Shown: positions 59,847 to 64,000 of the stretch, one piece after another
How positions within the stretch are numbered: position 1 is the stretch's first letter
How the letters are laid out: the number at the start of each line of letters is the position of its first letter
DNA from: Longimicrobiales bacterium
Lineage (GTDB): Bacteria > Gemmatimonadota > Gemmatimonadetes > Longimicrobiales > Gaopeijiaceae
NCBI GenBank assembly: GCA_965226375.1
Contig: CBDDCX010000006.1
Coordinates: 128,001 to 192,000 of the forward strand
Direction: 5' to 3'
DNA length: 64,000 bases
Position numbers and translations under genes: made by a program
The notes under the pieces: model-generated
Seen by the model: only the letters and a program-made list of their open reading frames with translations
Database searches by the model: none
What the model was told of the DNA's origin: nothing

Positions 59847-61051
59847 CGGCCTGCTTCTGTCCCGAGTAGTGGAGCGCGGAGGAATCGGCTCGCGCTGATC
59901 TGTTCTGAAGATAAGGGAGATTCTTCGCCTGTGACGTGCTGTGCCGCCAGCACCCCGCAGATGGGGGCGAGAGTGAACCCCCCGGCCGCGCAGCCGAGCA
60001 CGTGAAGTCCCGCCGGCTCTCCCACGCTGCCGACCAACGGAAGCCGATCCGGACTGCGTCCCTCGACGCCTGTCCATGCACGGAGGAGTTGGGTCTGTGC
60101 CAATGCCGGCACGGTGCGAATGGCCAGGTCCAGATTCCCGGTGACGCTCTCACGTCGAAGGCGGTGGTCGACTCGGCGCTGGCCTGCGTTGTCGCCCCCG
60201 GATCCGGCGGCGTCTGGGGAGTCGTCACCGCCCTCGTCCCCGTCGCCAAGCCAGCCCCCGCCCACCAACACCTTTCCCACGCTCGACTGCTGTTTCAAGG
60301 TGAGCCTTCCACTGACATGGGTCACGATCTCCGGAAAGAGGCGCGGCGTGGGGGCCGTGATCATCACCTGCTGGATCTTCGTGAAGAGGGGAAGCTCGAC
60401 GCCGAGCGGGCGGCACAGACGGGTGATCCACGCGCCCGCTGCCACGATCACCTTCTCGCACACTACCTCGAGCCCGGCGGCCCGCACCGTGAAGCTGCCG
60501 TCGGGCCGCACGTCGAGTGACTCCACGGCGCGGTCGAACTGGAAGGCTACCCCGTTCCGCTCACAAGCGGTGAGGTAGGCTCGGATCGCGAGGAACGGAT
60601 CAGCCATGCCGTCGTCCGCGCAGTAGCTCGCGGCCTGAACCTCTCGGGACAGGTAGGGCGCCAGTTCGAAGAGCTTGGGGGGATGGACCATTTCGACCCG
60701 GGCGCCCAGCACGCATAGCGCGTCCACGGCCTCCTCGAGCTTACCGACCTCCTCCGAGGTGTGTGCGACCCGGTAGCCCCCTCGTTGCTCGTATTCGACG
60801 TCACGCCCCAACTCTTCACCAAGGACCTTCCATCTGCGCACGCCCTCGAGGGCCAGCGAAATCGCCCCGAGACGCTTGTTCTGGATCGCCAACGTCCCGG
60901 CGGTCGATCCCGACGCCTCGCCTCCCGGCCTCGAGCGATCGACACAGACAACGCGCACCCCTCGCTTGGAGAGCTCCCATGCGGCCGATAGACCCATGAT
61001 GCCCGCGCCGATCACGCACACGTCGGTCTCGACGGGTCGGGTAGTTGCCAC
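59843..61051 (-). CDS. FAD-dependent oxidoreductase, D-amino acid/sarcosine oxidase beta family
   Basis: VIGAGIMG, ASGSTAG, AAGAW, RAWTGVE..PDRLPLVG and GFTLAP. The GTG overlaps the permease stop. Confidence 0.9.
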   Translation of the reverse strand: MATTRPVETDVCVIGAGIMGLSAAWELSKRGVRVVCVDRSRPGGEASGSTAGTLAIQNKRLGAISLALEGVRRWKVLGEELGRDVEYEQRGGYRVAHTSEEVGKLEEAVDALCVLGARVEMVHPPKLFELAPYLSREVQAASYCADDGMADPFLAIRAYLTACERNGVAFQFDRAVESLDVRPDGSFTVRAAGLEVVCEKVIVAAGAWITRLCRPLGVELPLFTKIQQVMITAPTPRLFPEIVTHVSGRLTLKQQSSVGKVLVGGGWLGDGDEGGDDSPDAAGSGGDNAGQRRVDHRLRRESVTGNLDLAIRTVPALAQTQLLRAWTGVEGRSPDRLPLVGSVGEPAGLHVLGCAAGGFTLAPICGVLAAQHVTGEESPLSSEQISASRFLRAPLLGTEAGR

Positions 61052-63063
61052 TAGGGGGCTCCTCGCACCTTCTGACGAACGTGAAGCGCGGCAATGAGCC
61101 CGGCGCCCGTGACCATGAGTAGCGAGCCGGGACTCAGCAGGACGAATCCCGCTCCGCTCCCGGCTGCGAGCGTGGCGGTGATGAAGGCGAGTCCCGCCAA
61201 GGCACCGACGATCCTCCCCCCGACGCCGAGCGGGCCCTGATAGAATCCCATGGTCACCACCGGGAACATGAGAAGGAACAGCATGCCGCCCGCGCCCGCG
61301 AACAACATCGCCGGCCAACTCCCCGACAATAACCCGGTGAACCCGAACATGACGGGCACGATGTACAGCGCTTTGCCCACACGAAGCGCCTCGAACCCGG
61401 TGCGCATGGGGCCGGCTTCGGCGATCTGAGCCGCCACGAAGGCGGTCAGACAGATGGGAGGCGTGATGGTGGCGCTCTGAGCGAACCAGAAGATCACGAG
61501 ATGGGCGGTGAGTAGGGGAATACCGAGCTCCATGAGTGCCGGGGCGCCGAGCGTGGAGACGATGATGTACGCGCTGGTGATCTGCAGGCCCATTCCGAGC
61601 ACCGAAGCGATCATCGCGACGATCACGATACCGAGAAGGATCGATCCTCCGGCAAGCGTGACCATGACCGAGGTGGTCTTGAGCATGACCCCCGTCAGGC
61701 TGATGACGCCCACAATCATGGCGGCCGTGGCCATGGTCGCGGAGAGTCCGATCGCGCCGTGTGTCGTGGCCTCGAGGCCGCGGATCAGCGTCGCGAGGCT
61801 CATGCGCGTGTGGGGGCGCACATAGCTGACCAGGCACAGCCCCACCACGCAGGCGGACGCGGACAGGAAGGGGCTGTAGTCCCGGATCAGGAGGTAGATC
61901 AGTAAGACCAGGGGAGCCATGAGGTGTGCTCCGCCTGCGAGCGTACGCCAGATGGGGGGCACCTTTCCACGGGCGCCCATGCCCTCGAGGTCGAGAGAGC
62001 CCTGACCCTGCTTGCGGGCCTTCACGTGTACGTACCCGTAGAGGCTTCCGAAGTACAGCAACGCTGGAATCAACGAGTACTTCAGGATGGTGAGGAGGGG
62101 GATGCCGGTGATCTCCGCCATGATGAACGCTCCAGCGCCCATCACCGGTGGCATCAACGCGCCTCCCGTTCCCGCCGCCGTCTCGACCGCGGCGGCCTCG
62201 TGGGGCTTGAGCCCGGTGCGCTTCATGAGCGGAATCGTGATCGTCCCGGTCGTGACCACGTTGGCGATGGTGCTGCCCGATACGGAGCCCATCATCGTGC
62301 TTCCCACCACCGCCGCCTTCGCGGGTCCACCGACCCAACGGCCGGACGCCGCGAGCGTCAGGTCCATGAAGATCTGATCGCCTCCGGCCACGCGGAGCAA
62401 AGATCCGAAGGTCAGAAAGACCAGCAGATAGGTCGCCATCACGCCGGTCACCTGGTTGAACAGGCCCTCCGGTACCATGTACAAATGCTCGAGCAGCAGA
62501 ACCACGCTCACGCCCTTGTGCTCCAGAATTCCGGGCATGACGGGCCCGGCCAGGGCGTAGCCTATGAATACGAGTGCTACGACGACCAGCGTCATCCCGA
62601 GAGTGCGCCGGGTCGCTTCCAGGACCAGAGCGACCGCCAGCGCGGAGAAGACGAGATCGGGACCGGTGAGCGGATCGATGTACACGAGCCGCCACATGAT
62701 GCGCTCACGATCCACGAGCATCCATGCAAAGGCCGAGAAAGCGGCGAGCGCCAAGACGATGTCGAATCGGCTGACGCGGCTGGAGCGGCCCGTGCCGCCC
62801 GTGCTGCGCGTATGGCTCGTACGGCTCTTAAGCGCCGGATAGAACAGGAAGACCAATGGGATCGCGATGGCCAGGTGCCCGGCCCGCCGTGTGACCGCAT
62901 CGAACCATCCCGTGAACGCCACCAGGATGGTCAGGGCCGGAAGCACCACCGCCGCCCAACGCGCCACAGTTGCGAGCCGACCGGAGATCTCTCTCTGACC
63001 GGGGATCAGGGCGCCTTCAGGAGCCCCCGACGAGCTTTCGCCCGAAGAGCCTAGTCGATCCAA
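61051..63063 (-). CDS. TRAP transporter fused 4TM/12TM permease
   Basis: LEATRRTLG, GGPAKAAVV, GSTIANVVTTG, MPPVMGAGAFIMAE and ITPPICL. Confidence 0.93.
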   Translation of the reverse strand: MDRLGSSGESSSGAPEGALIPGQREISGRLATVARWAAVVLPALTILVAFTGWFDAVTRRAGHLAIAIPLVFLFYPALKSRTSHTRSTGGTGRSSRVSRFDIVLALAAFSAFAWMLVDRERIMWRLVYIDPLTGPDLVFSALAVALVLEATRRTLGMTLVVVALVFIGYALAGPVMPGILEHKGVSVVLLLEHLYMVPEGLFNQVTGVMATYLLVFLTFGSLLRVAGGDQIFMDLTLAASGRWVGGPAKAAVVGSTMMGSVSGSTIANVVTTGTITIPLMKRTGLKPHEAAAVETAAGTGGALMPPVMGAGAFIMAEITGIPLLTILKYSLIPALLYFGSLYGYVHVKARKQGQGSLDLEGMGARGKVPPIWRTLAGGAHLMAPLVLLIYLLIRDYSPFLSASACVVGLCLVSYVRPHTRMSLATLIRGLEATTHGAIGLSATMATAAMIVGVISLTGVMLKTTSVMVTLAGGSILLGIVIVAMIASVLGMGLQITSAYIIVSTLGAPALMELGIPLLTAHLVIFWFAQSATITPPICLTAFVAAQIAEAGPMRTGFEALRVGKALYIVPVMFGFTGLLSGSWPAMLFAGAGGMLFLLMFPVVTMGFYQGPLGVGGRIVGALAGLAFITATLAAGSGAGFVLLSPGSLLMVTGAGLIAALHVRQKVRGAP

Positions 63064-64000
63064 CCGCGCTCAGCGTAGTAACGAAGCGCTCCGGCGTGCG
63101 GCGGCACTCCCGCATTCTCGACCATGTCCTGAGGCACCCAACTCCGGAATCCAGGGTGCACCGTCTCGAGATAGCTCTTGTTCTCCGCGATGGTCCGAGT
63201 GAACTGGTAGACGATGTCTTCACTGACGTCCGCGGTCGTGAAGATGCCGAAGACGAGCCCCACGGTTTGAACCGCCTCGGTCTGACTCGGATACGTGTTG
63301 GCGGGAATCTCCACTACCCTCACCTGCCACTCGCGCTCGAGCTCTCCACGAACCTCGTCCGAGATCGACAAGAACCGGGTGGGGCGCGTCAGCATCAACT
63401 GGGTGACGATGGCGGCGGGGTCGTTGATGTTGAAGATGATGAGATCCATGTGGTGATCGCGGAATTGATCGGTTCGCTCCACGGAGCCCATCAGGTCCAG
63501 GCGCCCTCCCCAGTCGCGGATGTCGTCGTAGCTCATGCCGTACGCACCAAGGCTCTCTCGAAGTAGAAACTCTTCGCCCGAACCCGGCGGTCCGGTCCCG
63601 ATGCGGACGGCCAGACGGTCCCTGCGAATGTCCTGGAGTCCGGTGATGGGGGAGTCCTGGGCGACGATGACGTGGAACTTGTTCTGCGTGAGGGTGGCGA
63701 CGTGCCGGAGGTCGGGAAACGCCCGCTGGTACGGGCGATCGCCCCTGTGAGCCGCGCGCATGAACGGCAGAAACGCCATGCCGAAGTCACCGGGAACGAG
63801 CCCGACCCTTGCCGGGTTCGAGACCCCTCCAGCTCCGGGGAGGGTCGAAATGGGGTGGCCTTCGAACTGCTGGTTGGTGCGCTCCGCGATGGCTGCCCCG
63901 ATCCGATACCAACTGCTCCCGGTGCTCCCGGTGATGAGGTTCATGCGGGGGGTCCGTGAGGACGGGGCGTCACTACAGCCCGCGCTGGCCAAACCCGCCA
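63051..64000 (-). CDS. TAXI-family TRAP solute-binding lipoprotein, 5'-truncated by the window edge
   Basis: SAGC lipobox, TGSTGSSWY, GPPGSG, IPANTY and PPHAGALRYY. Confidence 0.9.
   Translation of the reverse strand, partial: AGLASAGCSDAPSSRTPRMNLITGSTGSSWYRIGAAIAERTNQQFEGHPISTLPGAGGVSNPARVGLVPGDFGMAFLPFMRAAHRGDRPYQRAFPDLRHVATLTQNKFHVIVAQDSPITGLQDIRRDRLAVRIGTGPPGSGEEFLLRESLGAYGMSYDDIRDWGGRLDLMGSVERTDQFRDHHMDLIIFNINDPAAIVTQLMLTRPTRFLSISDEVRGELEREWQVRVVEIPANTYPSQTEAVQTVGLVFGIFTTADVSEDIVYQFTRTIAENKSYLETVHPGFRSWVPQDMVENAGVPPHAGALRYYAERGWID

Noticed and set aside
59843..62695. 950-aa ORF suggesting a giant oxidase fusion
   Set aside because: The first 548 codons are an off-frame shadow of the TRAP permease (Arg/Gly/His-rich nonsense). 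The oxidase begins at GTG 61051.

Overview
GC-rich bacterial chromosomal window. Gene content suggests Gemmatimonadota or an Acidobacteriota-like lineage (inference from repeated PadR plus duplicated orphan ABC permeases, repeated Ser/Thr kinase-TM-beta-propeller genes and a PEP-CTERM tail). Layout: (1) 1-12.4 kb holds four MacB/FtsX-type orphan permeases, three PadR genes, a TolB-like propeller and an ECF sigma/anti-sigma pair. (2) 12.5-24 kb holds an M28 peptidase, a STAS protein, a glutamate-cysteine-ligase-like (GCS2)+CBS enzyme coupled to an M14 deacylase, SRAP, a three-gene fragment mosaic, a Ycf46-like AAA ATPase, a frameshifted barrel-cupredoxin gene and an intact IS1595-family element. 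(3) 24-47 kb is a largely intact block: aminotransferase, apgM, TPR, two M16B protease pairs, ECF sigma/anti-sigma, holA, SPOR, response regulator, copA plus a 29-aa membrane peptide, GT4, mutS, TonB-C, cystathionine beta-synthase and ddl. (4) 47-57.5 kb is a tandem array of four receptor-like kinases with near-constant, apparently shuffled kinase modules and divergent propeller ectodomains, three of them broken. (5) 57.7-64 kb is a TAXI-TRAP/FAD oxidase/DapA-like/enolase catabolic cluster. The accessory regions carry many deletion scars, one with a readable 10-bp microhomology, while the core genes are intact. I found no rRNA, tRNA or CRISPR array. All family calls come from motif recognition by eye, not from database searches.
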